Under the pieces are notes generated by a model. It searched no databases. It saw nothing but the letters and a program-made list of their open reading frames with translations, and had not been told where the DNA came from. This document shows, one piece after another, positions 47,049 through 55,619 of a stretch of 64,000 bases of DNA (positions are counted from its first letter, which is position 1; each line of letters begins with the position of its first letter). The translations under genes and the position numbers were made by a program. Origin of the DNA: Treponemataceae bacterium (lineage in GTDB: Bacteria; Spirochaetota; Spirochaetia; Treponematales; Rectinemataceae); assembly GCA_963678065.2 (NCBI GenBank), contig CAXXVZ010000004.1:672001-736000 (forward strand). The letters run 5' to 3'.

Positions 47049-48368
47049 CTACACAAGATTTTCTTTTTTCATTGCTAAGAGAACATCTTCCATCACATTT
47101 AGTGTTCTATTGAGATCTTCCTTGGTGTGCTGAATTGAAAAACCATGATGCGAGGGTCCACCGCCATAATCATGGAAATAGACTCCCTTGGAAATACAGT
47201 CACGAATGAATCTCAGCATTGTCTCTGGTTTGTGTGTGAACGTGTCTTCGTAGCGTTGCGGTGGTGTAGTCCTGCCAAAAACAAGATTAAATCTTGCTCC
47301 ATGATGCATAAGTACCAAGTTGAGATTAAGCTCCTTTATAATGTGATCAATGCCTGAGAAAAGTTGTTTACCGAGTTTTTCAAGTGTTGGATAGAAATCC
47401 GGTTTTTCGGCTTCTTCCATAAATGCAAGTCCAGCCATAACCGATACAAGATGCGCATTAAATGTTCCACTATGCTGGGTTTTCCCGACGGGTTTAACAG
47501 TGTTCATGATGTCATAACGGCCACACATCGCCGATAGCGGCAAGCCGCCTCCAAGAGCTTTTCCGATCGTGCATACATCCGGAATTACCCCAAAATCCTG
47601 TTGCGCTCCACCAATAGACTTTTTAAACGAACTCTGTATCTCATCAAAAAACAGTAGAATTCCTTCGCGTGCTGTAACCTCGCGCACATACTCCAGATAA
47701 CCTGGTTCTGGCATAATTCCACCGCTATTAAAATTAATAGGCTCCAGAATTAATAGTGCTGTGTCTTTGCCGTGTCTTTCCACTGCCGCGTCAAAAGCGG
47801 CTTTATCATTAAATGGGATAGGAACTATAAGCTGTGCAAATTCTTCAGGTATTCCCGGACTCTCGATATAGGGCCTAATACGATTTTGTGGAAACTCTGA
47901 TTGTGGCACCTGTCCGCCTATATAAATCAATTCATGGTAACCATGAAAATGTCCTTCAATCCGAATAATCTTTTTTCTGCCGGTAAATGCCCGGCAAACT
48001 CGTATCAGATGCAGTGTGGCTTCAGAGCCTGAATTGACAAACCGCACTTTATCGGCACATGGAATGCAATTGCATACCTTGCGGGCCAGCATTTCATGGT
48101 ATTCGGTTTCAAAGGCATTAACAAAACCTATGTCCATTGTTTTTTGCATTGCTTTCTTGATTGCTGGGTGTGCATTTCCAAGTAGCCCTGCTCCATGAGC
48201 ACAACACATATCTATGTAAGGCTTATTGTCCAGATCGTAGAGAATACTACCCTCACCTCGCGATACATAAAACGGAGTGCCGATTGCCTTATTGAAACGA
48301 ACAGATGAATTCACACCCCCTGGCATCACTTCAGATGCTTTTAGATACTGCAGCATTTGACTATTCAT
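47049..48368 (-). CDS. Class III PLP aminotransferase, glutamate-1-semialdehyde aminomutase (HemL)-like but divergent
   Basis: MPGGVNS, RFVNSGSEA, FHG, FDEI and GKALGGGLP motifs; HemL-typical GTSFGAP and YQAGTLSGNP are replaced by GFVNAFE and QHSGTFNAH. Confidence 0.82.
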   Translation of the reverse strand: MNSQMLQYLKASEVMPGGVNSSVRFNKAIGTPFYVSRGEGSILYDLDNKPYIDMCCAHGAGLLGNAHPAIKKAMQKTMDIGFVNAFETEYHEMLARKVCNCIPCADKVRFVNSGSEATLHLIRVCRAFTGRKKIIRIEGHFHGYHELIYIGGQVPQSEFPQNRIRPYIESPGIPEEFAQLIVPIPFNDKAAFDAAVERHGKDTALLILEPINFNSGGIMPEPGYLEYVREVTAREGILLFFDEIQSSFKKSIGGAQQDFGVIPDVCTIGKALGGGLPLSAMCGRYDIMNTVKPVGKTQHSGTFNAHLVSVMAGLAFMEEAEKPDFYPTLEKLGKQLFSGIDHIIKELNLNLVLMHHGARFNLVFGRTTPPQRYEDTFTHKPETMLRFIRDCISKGVYFHDYGGGPSHHGFSIQHTKEDLNRTLNVMEDVLLAMKKENLV

Positions 48369-48405
48369 TTGTCTCTACCTCACTCATTTAGACTTATAGA
48401 TTTCT

Positions 48406-49440
48406 TTATACTTCGTAAGTCTCTAGCGGCTGCCACCCTGCCTCGTGAAACTGAAGTAGTGTCCTTTGCGTCGGGGCATAGCCGATGAACTCTCTGGGAT
48501 CAAGGCCATCAGGCTCGTAGGCACGGGCAAAATCACGAATTGTCATCAGACGGTTTATGATTTCCGGTTTAATTGGAATATCTACATTTTCTCTGAATGG
48601 CTCTGCAAACGCAGTACTGAGCTCTTGAATTTTGGGGCTGATTGAAAAAAGCATATCCCCTCCAGCAAGTTCCGCTGCTTGCTCCTTGGTACGCAATCCA
48701 GACGGCAACAAAATGGCCTTGTATCTTTTTTCGCGGAATAAGCCATAGGCACGCTTCGTGACTGCCACACCCGCTAAAAGAATGTCGTCCTCTCTAGCCT
48801 TTGAGCGATTATCGGCATTCGCTTCACGAAGATAATCATCAAGGCGCCCGATCATGATAACCGCATAGCATCTGCCAGGTTCGATGCCATTTGCTCTGGA
48901 GTGCACCACCGCTTTTTCATAACGCTCAGCGACTGCAACTGCCTGCGATACGGTAAACCCTAGTGTCATGACCACAGTCATTCCAAGCGCAACACATTCT
49001 TCCATTGTATCCAGTGCTGCATTTGTAACAGGCAGCTTGACTGCAATGTTTGGTGCCCATGTCTGAAGGCGCTTAGCCATCTTTAGCATGCTATCAGAAT
49101 CAAATGCCTTATCAGGTGCTACCTGAGCACATACGCGGCCTAGCAGTCCGCCTGTCTTTTTATAAATGGGCTCCACCATAGAAGCAATCTCACAGGTGAT
49201 GATGCGAACGATCTCCTCAGCTTTTTCGCTGCCTTTGAGTGTCTTTGGCATGCTTTTTAGTTTTGGACTCCAATAATTACTGCTTCCAAAAAGCGCCATT
49301 TTTACGAGAAGCGGATTCAGTGTTACGCCAGAAGCGCCATTCTCAAGTGCAGTCCTGATTTCATCAAGATTCCCCGAATCATTCCACCAATAAGACTTTG
49401 TCTTTGTGGCCATCCATTGTAAAAAGATGTTCTTTCCCAA
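48406..49440 (-). CDS. Transaldolase-family protein, atypical
   Basis: WNDS, GVTLNP (usually TTNP), VCAQV, NIAVKLP (Schiff-base Lys), TLGFTVSQA and IGRLDD; TTG start. Confidence 0.8.
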   Translation of the reverse strand: MGKNIFLQWMATKTKSYWWNDSGNLDEIRTALENGASGVTLNPLLVKMALFGSSNYWSPKLKSMPKTLKGSEKAEEIVRIITCEIASMVEPIYKKTGGLLGRVCAQVAPDKAFDSDSMLKMAKRLQTWAPNIAVKLPVTNAALDTMEECVALGMTVVMTLGFTVSQAVAVAERYEKAVVHSRANGIEPGRCYAVIMIGRLDDYLREANADNRSKAREDDILLAGVAVTKRAYGLFREKRYKAILLPSGLRTKEQAAELAGGDMLFSISPKIQELSTAFAEPFRENVDIPIKPEIINRLMTIRDFARAYEPDGLDPREFIGYAPTQRTLLQFHEAGWQPLETYEV

Positions 49441-49454
49441 ATTCTCACCTCGCT

Positions 49455-50360
49455 CTATTGTTTCCTGCGCACTTCCACACCTGAGAGTTTTTCATAGTAT
49501 TGGATCAATCCGCCGTGGTCGTTGCCGCCCTTGCCCTCTGCCTGCAACTGTTCCATATAGGACAATATTTCTTTTGTAAGCGGGATGGAAACGTTCTCCG
49601 CCTGTGCGGCTTCCATAGCATTCTTCAAGTCCTTGATGTGAAGCGCAATACGAAAACCGGGTTTAAAATTGCCTTCCAAGATCATTGGTACCTTGGCGTT
49701 CATAACCGTACTGCCTGCCAGCCCGCCTTTTATAGCACTAAAAACTTTTTCGGGATCTATGCCCGATTTTACCGCCAAGGTGAATGCTTCGCCTAAGGCT
49801 GCAATATTCATGGCGACCACGATTTGATTGGCAAGCTTTGTGATGCTCCCTGCGCCAACTTCCCCGATCAGAACAGCAGAGGCTCCCATGACAAGCAACA
49901 ATTCCCTTATTTTTTCGAAATCTTTTTCACAACCACCTGCCATAATGGCAAGCGAACCATCGATTGCCTTAGGTTCACCGCCACTTACTGGACAGTCCAA
50001 GTATGAGACATTGAGCTGTCGTGCTTCTTCTGCAATTTCTTTAGCTGCAACCGACGAAATGGAGCTCATATCCGCCACGATAGTGCCCGGGCGTGCACCC
50101 TTAAGAATCCCTTCTGCGCCGCACATTACTTCTCTGACGTTTGGAGAATTGGGTAACATTGTAATGATTACACCATCACAACGCTCCGCCACCTCTTTTG
50201 GCGTCGATGCCTTCCCTGCGCCCCTTCGTGCCAACTCTTCCATCCCTGCGGGCACAATATCAAAGACAACAAGACTATATCCGGCCAACAAGAGATTTAT
50301 TGCCATCGGCTTACCCATAATTCCCAAACCAATAAACCCGATTGTCCCATAATTGCTCAT
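49455..50360 (-). CDS. garR: 2-hydroxy-3-oxopropionate (tartronate semialdehyde) reductase
   Basis: IGFIGLGIMGKPM, IITMLPNSP, DCPVSGGEPKAIDG, KLANQ and FKPGFRIALHIKDL, closely matching GarR. Confidence 0.88.
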   Translation of the reverse strand: MSNYGTIGFIGLGIMGKPMAINLLLAGYSLVVFDIVPAGMEELARRGAGKASTPKEVAERCDGVIITMLPNSPNVREVMCGAEGILKGARPGTIVADMSSISSVAAKEIAEEARQLNVSYLDCPVSGGEPKAIDGSLAIMAGGCEKDFEKIRELLLVMGASAVLIGEVGAGSITKLANQIVVAMNIAALGEAFTLAVKSGIDPEKVFSAIKGGLAGSTVMNAKVPMILEGNFKPGFRIALHIKDLKNAMEAAQAENVSIPLTKEILSYMEQLQAEGKGGNDHGGLIQYYEKLSGVEVRRKQ

Positions 50361-50388
50361 ATATTTTCCCTTTCCTTCGCGATTTAGA

Positions 50389-50405
50389 TGTACGATGTCA
50401 TACAA
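50389..50405. promoter_or_regulatory. Candidate GntR/FadR operator upstream of garR
   Basis: Palindromic TGTACGATGTCATACAA, 15/17 identical to the site at 51612. Confidence 0.6.
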
Positions 50406-50498
50406 GTAATTATGTACCATTACCTACTAACAATATTTCTTAATGGAACATACATTCCATTATCAGGGCTTATTACAAATGCCAAAATTCCGATTGAA

Positions 50499-51572
50499 TC
50501 ATTTATCCAGTTTTTTCTTGATATATTCGCTTACAACCGAGGCATCCTCCAAGGTATCAGTCGAGATGTGAAGAAACAGGCCTGCTGCAGGAAGGATTTC
50601 AAGAATGTTGTCCAATTCAACAAAAGAAAAACTGCCAGAAAAAAACAACTTTTTCTTTTTAAGTATTCTTGTGAGATATGGAAGCATTTCATCAACCGAC
50701 GGGCCTCCGACATCTTTTTGAGTCTGCACAACACCCAGGTTCTCAATACTCAGCAAATTATCAAGTATCATAAATGAGGCCGGGTGTATGTGGAAATACG
50801 AATAGTTAAATTCCGAACAGATCTTGTCATGACAGGTCTTTAAGTATCTTTCGAATGCCCATGGAGATGCGATTGCCGTCAGGTCGTCCTGATAATGCAT
50901 CATATACTTATCAGGCGCCCAGATATCCGCTATCGAGCCGCCGTAAAATGGATTTATATATTCATACTGGAGTTTAATAAGCGAAATAAAATCATCGCAC
51001 AAAATGTTTACGAAGGTCTCAACTTCGACTGGATTATCATACAAAGCAAATATCATCTGTGTCTGCCCTAAAACAGCACCGAGGCAATCCAAAAGTCCCC
51101 TCAGAATAGACGACTGGGCAACCGGGAACCTTCCCCCTGATAGTTTCTTCAATTGAGTGAGAAATTCACAGTATTTTTTTACCCATACGCCATCAAAGTC
51201 AATTCGCGCTTTTCCAAGTTCATTGGGCGCAGCTATACATGGCTCGGATACAAAGCTGTTGTTGCCCGGGAAAATCCTGCATCCGAGCATGGCCTCAATC
51301 CACGGTATGGCTGCGTACGGTTCGGCAGCCCAAAAGGAATCATTACAGGAAATATTCTCGGATACATTGTACATTCTTTCGTAATCAGGCAAAAATTCTT
51401 CAACATTCAACATATCCGGTGTTATGTTTTTCCCCACCGAAAGGAGTTTTTCTGATACCGAAAAACAATCCGTCGGGAAAATACTACCAACTCTTAATTG
51501 TATAACTGGTCTTTCATTGGCATGTAGCCAAAATGCTTTTTGAAGTTCGATTTTCCTCCCAACATCCACCAT
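50499..51572 (-). CDS. UroD/MetE-superfamily (uroporphyrinogen decarboxylase-like TIM barrel) protein of unknown function
   Basis: W.EAMLGC, RGLLD...LG....ALYDNP, QDD....SP..F and YFHIH pattern typical of UroD/MtaA-like proteins. Confidence 0.65.
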   Translation of the reverse strand: MVDVGRKIELQKAFWLHANERPVIQLRVGSIFPTDCFSVSEKLLSVGKNITPDMLNVEEFLPDYERMYNVSENISCNDSFWAAEPYAAIPWIEAMLGCRIFPGNNSFVSEPCIAAPNELGKARIDFDGVWVKKYCEFLTQLKKLSGGRFPVAQSSILRGLLDCLGAVLGQTQMIFALYDNPVEVETFVNILCDDFISLIKLQYEYINPFYGGSIADIWAPDKYMMHYQDDLTAIASPWAFERYLKTCHDKICSEFNYSYFHIHPASFMILDNLLSIENLGVVQTQKDVGGPSVDEMLPYLTRILKKKKLFFSGSFSFVELDNILEILPAAGLFLHISTDTLEDASVVSEYIKKKLDK

Positions 51573-51611
51573 GTTTGCCTACTCCTTTCTTTTCAGAAGG
51601 CAAATACATCT

Positions 51612-51628
51612 TGTATGATGTGATACAA
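51612..51628. promoter_or_regulatory. Candidate GntR/FadR operator at the head of the island operon
   Basis: TGTATGATGTGATACAA within the palindrome TTGTAT-N6-ATACAA, just downstream of a minus-strand TTGACA at 51663-51668. Confidence 0.6.
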
Positions 51629-51680
51629 CCTATAATCTATGGTTATCATGGTTTTTTTATTGTGTCAAGCATTTTTTTCA

Positions 51681-51983
51681 GGATCGTCATCGCACCGAAA
51701 CTCAGGAAAGCGGGTTTCTGAGAACCGCGGCGATGGCCCGCACGGTGGTTTCGACACGAGCTGCGTCGATCCAGTAGTGGTCACGAAGCGGAAAGCACCA
51801 TTCTCCGGTGGATTGACGGGGATTCCGCGCTCCATCGTCGCCCGAACGACGTGCTCCGGATCGGACGCAGGGTCGACGACAAAGAATACCATATTGATGT
51901 CGACGGAGGCCGGATCGAGGATGCCGTTCGGAGCGGAAGTCGATGTGGTTCATGCGGAGGAGTGTAGCTGCGCGGGGACAAGC
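51681..51983 (-). pseudogene. ltaE: Decayed second copy of ltaE (two internal deletions and a frameshift) with the msrA 3' end and ltaE upstream sequence
   Basis: Aligns to 36091-36331, 36809-36825 and 37121-37185. Encodes the fragments MNHIDFRS, MVFFVVDPASDPEHVVRATMERGIPVNPPENGAFRFVT and HYWIDAARVETTVRAIAAVLRNPLS, plus IAPKLRKAGF on the plus strand. Confidence 0.92.
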
Positions 51984-52053
51984 ACAGTGGTACCTCGGAT
52001 ACCGCGACGTCCGCGGATCGGTACCCGCGCCGGCAACGGGTGTTCAGGAACGG

Positions 52054-52911
52054 CTAGGCGGCCTGGGCGACAGCCCTCCCATCCTTCCGGTTGTTGAACC
52101 AGAGCCCGGTCACGATGAAGCCGAGTCCGAGGGCGAACCTGAGGTTGAAGTGCTCTCCCGCGACAAGGGCGCCCAGGATGACCGTGAGGGCCGTTTCCCA
52201 GTAGAAGACGAGGCTTCCCCTCCCCGCGGGAACGCTCTTGTACCCGTGGGCCATCAGGGCCTGGGCCGTGAAGGCGCCGATGCCGACGGCGATGAGGAAG
52301 CATATCGACAGAGGCGCCGGCGGCGTCTGCGGCAGGGGTGCGAAGAAGAAGAGGGGAAGTCCGAATACGCAGGGGCTGAGGTATATGACGAAGGGATTCT
52401 CCGTCCTGGAAGCGAGTCGGACGAAGTTGACGGCCACAGCCGCGAAGACGCTGCTCCCTATGGCGAGAAGATCCCCCGTCATCGAGGCGCCGGAGCCGTC
52501 GCGCACAACGAGGATCGCGCCGAGCGTGCACAGGACGAGACTCACGAGGGTCTTTTTGTGGAAGCGTTCTCCGAAGAAAAGCGCCCCGAAAACGGGCACG
52601 AAGAGTGGGTAGATATTGGAGAGCAGGGAGGCTCTGCCGGGTCCCGTCATCGAAATGGCCGCGTAGGTGAGCGCCATGGACGATGCTCCGAATATGCCGC
52701 GGAAGAGGACAGCCTTCGGGTTCTTGATCCTGACGCCCCCGTAGGACCGGAAGAGGACGAAAAGACAGAGCAGCACGCCGATCACGAATCGGGTGGACGA
52801 GATGAAGAATCCCGAAAACCCCCTCGACGCGAATTTCACGAAAATCGAGGTGAGAGCGAAAATGGTGGCGGAAGCGTAGAGCGAAGCGAAACCGGACAGA
52901 CCCACGGGCAT
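52054..52911 (-). CDS. DMT/EamA-family transporter
   Basis: About ten TM segments in two repeats; RF.IG, FRGIFG, PLFV..FG...FGE and AQALMA.GYK motifs. Confidence 0.88.
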   Translation of the reverse strand: MPVGLSGFASLYASATIFALTSIFVKFASRGFSGFFISSTRFVIGVLLCLFVLFRSYGGVRIKNPKAVLFRGIFGASSMALTYAAISMTGPGRASLLSNIYPLFVPVFGALFFGERFHKKTLVSLVLCTLGAILVVRDGSGASMTGDLLAIGSSVFAAVAVNFVRLASRTENPFVIYLSPCVFGLPLFFFAPLPQTPPAPLSICFLIAVGIGAFTAQALMAHGYKSVPAGRGSLVFYWETALTVILGALVAGEHFNLRFALGLGFIVTGLWFNNRKDGRAVAQAA

Positions 52912-52958
52912 GACCTCCAGAACGACCGGCTGATGATGCCGTCGGGCGAGGACAAAGG

Positions 52959-54224
52959 TCAACCCGAAAAACCTTCCATCACCGCCCGGTCCCCTGAATC
53001 GGCGGGATCGAGACCGCAGACGTCGCGGAAGACCGCATCGAGTCCTTTTTCCTCAAGAAGCCGCGCGAATGCCGAGTCGGGGAGAAAGAGCTCCCCGTTT
53101 TCGCCCGGAGAGCGGAAGCGCAGGGCGGCGGCGAAAACCCGCGCGATGCCCCGCCAAGGCAGGCCCCTTTTTTGACAGAAGAGGGCCGCGCCGACGATCC
53201 TGTCGGAGCGACCCAGCTTGCGCGGAAGGTCACGTCCGACGCGGTGCACGGTGTCGCCCAGCGCTTCGTTGGCGAACCGCGACAGGAGGTCGGCGATGTG
53301 GAGAGAGAGTCCCTCCGGCGACAGTGCTTGCGGGTATTCGGCGGAGAGAGCCGCCGCGGCCTCGGTCATCGCGGCTTCGGCCGAGTCCCGCACACCGGGC
53401 AGCGCCAGGGCACGCGCGAGCATGGTTTCGGCCGGATCCGCCAGATAGCCGAAGTAGGCAGCGGCGGCGTGCCCCAGGTTGTGTATGAAAAGCTTGCGGT
53501 CGACATAGGCCATGATGCAGTCGACGGGCAGAAGCCCCTCGACCTCGGGTACGGGACCGAGAAAGCCCTTTTTGTCGAGGATGAGTGTGTTGTATTCTTC
53601 GGCGAAGACGCACAGCCTGTCCACGGCCATATCCTCGGCGCGCATGAGGGGCACCATCTTGCCGATGCTCGTTTCGACTATCCCGAGCCTTTCTCCGATC
53701 GGGAAGCCCTCGGGGAGCAGGGAAGTAAGTCCGCGCAGCAGCGTTTCGGGTGCCTCGCGGTCGTTCTCGGCGAGGATGATATCGAGGGGAGGGACGGACC
53801 TGACGCCCGCGCGGGATTCCGGCGCCATATCGCCTGAGTCTGCGCAGGATTCCGGTCCATGCCCACAGCCGCGCGCCCTCCGCTTTCGTTCCAGAAGCCC
53901 CGCGGCCAGCGCCGGCAGGATCTTCGGCAGGGCGGCCTTGCCCACGCAGGTGGCCGCGAGATCAGCCTCCGCCAGCAGGGCGGCGACAGCCTCCCTGTCC
54001 CTGCCATCCACGGCACGGACACCGGAAACCTGCAAAACTTCGTCGACACGTCCGCGGCGCTTGATGACGACGGGATAGGATTTCCGCCTGTTCAGCTCCG
54101 CGACGAGAACAGGGTCGACATCGATGAATGCGACATTCCAGCCCGCATGGGCAAAGAGCTGTCCGACAAACGAGCGACCGATGTTTCCTGCCCCGAAGAC
54201 GGCCAGAGTCCCATTCCTGTTCAT
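52959..54224 (-). CDS. mtlD: Mannitol-1-phosphate 5-dehydrogenase-like protein
   Basis: FGAGNIGRSF, ILAEN, IGKMVP, RKLFIHNLGHA, RFAN.ALGD...RVGRD..RKL...DR motifs. Confidence 0.8.
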   Translation of the reverse strand: MNRNGTLAVFGAGNIGRSFVGQLFAHAGWNVAFIDVDPVLVAELNRRKSYPVVIKRRGRVDEVLQVSGVRAVDGRDREAVAALLAEADLAATCVGKAALPKILPALAAGLLERKRRARGCGHGPESCADSGDMAPESRAGVRSVPPLDIILAENDREAPETLLRGLTSLLPEGFPIGERLGIVETSIGKMVPLMRAEDMAVDRLCVFAEEYNTLILDKKGFLGPVPEVEGLLPVDCIMAYVDRKLFIHNLGHAAAAYFGYLADPAETMLARALALPGVRDSAEAAMTEAAAALSAEYPQALSPEGLSLHIADLLSRFANEALGDTVHRVGRDLPRKLGRSDRIVGAALFCQKRGLPWRGIARVFAAALRFRSPGENGELFLPDSAFARLLEEKGLDAVFRDVCGLDPADSGDRAVMEGFSG

Positions 54225-55582
54225 GATTGTATCCCCTCTTCGACCGGCCCGGCGCCCCTGCCAGCGCCCCTGCCGGCGCCCTGGTCTGAGCCTGGCCCGG
54301 CGTCCCGGCTTTCGCCTGCGATCTGCCGGAAGTAATCCGCACGGTAAGACTCGACGACGGCGCGCTTTTCTCCGGGAACCTTTTCGTACCAGGTGCCGCC
54401 GACGATCCCGAGGGTGGCGGCTCCGGCGGCTATTCCCCATAGGATGGCGTCTTTCAGGTCGAGATCGCGATCCCTGCCCGCGAGCATCTGCTCCGCGAGC
54501 GCGGCGACGATGCCGCCGGCAAACGCGTCGCCACAGCCCGTGGTATCTCCGCGGGGTCCCCCTCTCCCGCCTGGGCCCTGGTTCTCCCTGATCTCCCGTC
54601 CCGCGCGCGCCGAAACGGGGCAGGAAGAGAGCGCGAGCGGCGCGAAGCGGCCTCCGCTGCGCCCGCTTCCCTCTCGGGGGGTCTTTCCGCCGGAGGTCCA
54701 GGCGATCACGTCGCCAGCCCCACGCGTGATGACGAAGGCGGAAACGCCCGAGGCCACGAAGAAGGAGGCTGCTGCGTCGAGCGAGGTCGTTCCGGAAAGC
54801 CTCAGCGCCTCATCCCTGTCCATGATGAGGAGTTCGCAGGCTCCGAAGGACCTCGGCGAGTCACCGGGGCGGCCGAGAGGCCAGGGGTGGACAGGGTCCC
54901 GCCTCTCGTTCCGGAAATCGAAGACGGTGTTGACCACGGTCAGGCAGCCCTGGGCGCGGGCCTCGGGAAGGAGGTCGCCGAGCCCGTCGTGCAGGGCGGG
55001 GACGAGGCCTGTTCCCCCGAAGACGACGATATCGGCGTCGAGGAAGCCGCTCCCATCCGCGCTCCCTTCGAGCAGCTTCTCCGCGTTGTAGCCGGCCGCG
55101 ACACCGATGTCGTTCACGAAGCAGCGCTCTCCGTGCCCGCCATCCCAGGAGGGATCGGAGAGGACGAAGGTGGAGGGGGTCGGGCCCGGCGCCATCCCGT
55201 AGGCGGAGCAATCGACCGGCAGCTTCGCGAGGAGGGCGGCCAGCCGGTCCCCCGTTTCGTCGTCGCCGCGAAGACCATGGAAGGAGACATGAAAATCGGG
55301 GCCGGCCAGCATCTGGGCAGCGTGAATCATGGCGACGATCGAAGGTCCCCCGATGTTCTCCGCGCTGGCCTTCGAACCAGGAACGAGATTTTCCAGAATG
55401 CGGTCGAAACTCTCTTTCGCGAAATGTTCGGCATCCGGCACGAAGACGAGCTTGCCCGGAGAGAGGCCCCCGTCGCCATCGCACAGGCTCCGGTAGCGCC
55501 GGAAAGCCTCGCCGCCGAAGTCGACCCCCACAAACAGTCTGTCCATCAGGGCACAGCCCGTGCCCGCTATGCGTATCGGCAT
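54221..55582 (-). CDS. PfkB-family carbohydrate kinase
   Basis: NIGGP, GDDETG, GERCF, ITRGAG and DTTGCGDAFAGG signature. Confidence 0.85.
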   Translation of the reverse strand: MPIRIAGTGCALMDRLFVGVDFGGEAFRRYRSLCDGDGGLSPGKLVFVPDAEHFAKESFDRILENLVPGSKASAENIGGPSIVAMIHAAQMLAGPDFHVSFHGLRGDDETGDRLAALLAKLPVDCSAYGMAPGPTPSTFVLSDPSWDGGHGERCFVNDIGVAAGYNAEKLLEGSADGSGFLDADIVVFGGTGLVPALHDGLGDLLPEARAQGCLTVVNTVFDFRNERRDPVHPWPLGRPGDSPRSFGACELLIMDRDEALRLSGTTSLDAAASFFVASGVSAFVITRGAGDVIAWTSGGKTPREGSGRSGGRFAPLALSSCPVSARAGREIRENQGPGGRGGPRGDTTGCGDAFAGGIVAALAEQMLAGRDRDLDLKDAILWGIAAGAATLGIVGGTWYEKVPGEKRAVVESYRADYFRQIAGESRDAGPGSDQGAGRGAGRGAGPVEEGIQS

Positions 55583-55619
55583 GATGTCATCCTTCTTCTG
55601 TCCGTGCCGGAGCAGCGGA

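Larger units (their letters stand above)
37200..51680. mobile_element. Putative horizontally acquired catabolic island with lower GC and no mobility gene seen
   Basis: Visibly lower GC and more A/T-ending codons from about 38.2 to 51.7 kb; 13 co-oriented genes; bracketed by intact msrA-ltaE on the left and a decayed msrA-ltaE copy on the right. Confidence 0.7.

Noticed and set aside
47049..51572. HemL-like plus UroD-like genes read as a tetrapyrrole biosynthesis cluster
   Set aside because: HemL substrate motifs and the UroD RQAGR motif are absent, no hemA/B/C/D genes are present, and the neighbours are catabolic and transport genes.
51533..52097. Short ORFs at the right island border as real genes
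   Set aside because: They are explained by the msrA/ltaE remnant and promoter DNA.
54250..54285. Short 12-bp imperfect repeats encoding GRGAGRGAG at the PfkB C-terminus
   Set aside because: Only about three degenerate units in a low-complexity tail; no functional inference is supportable.
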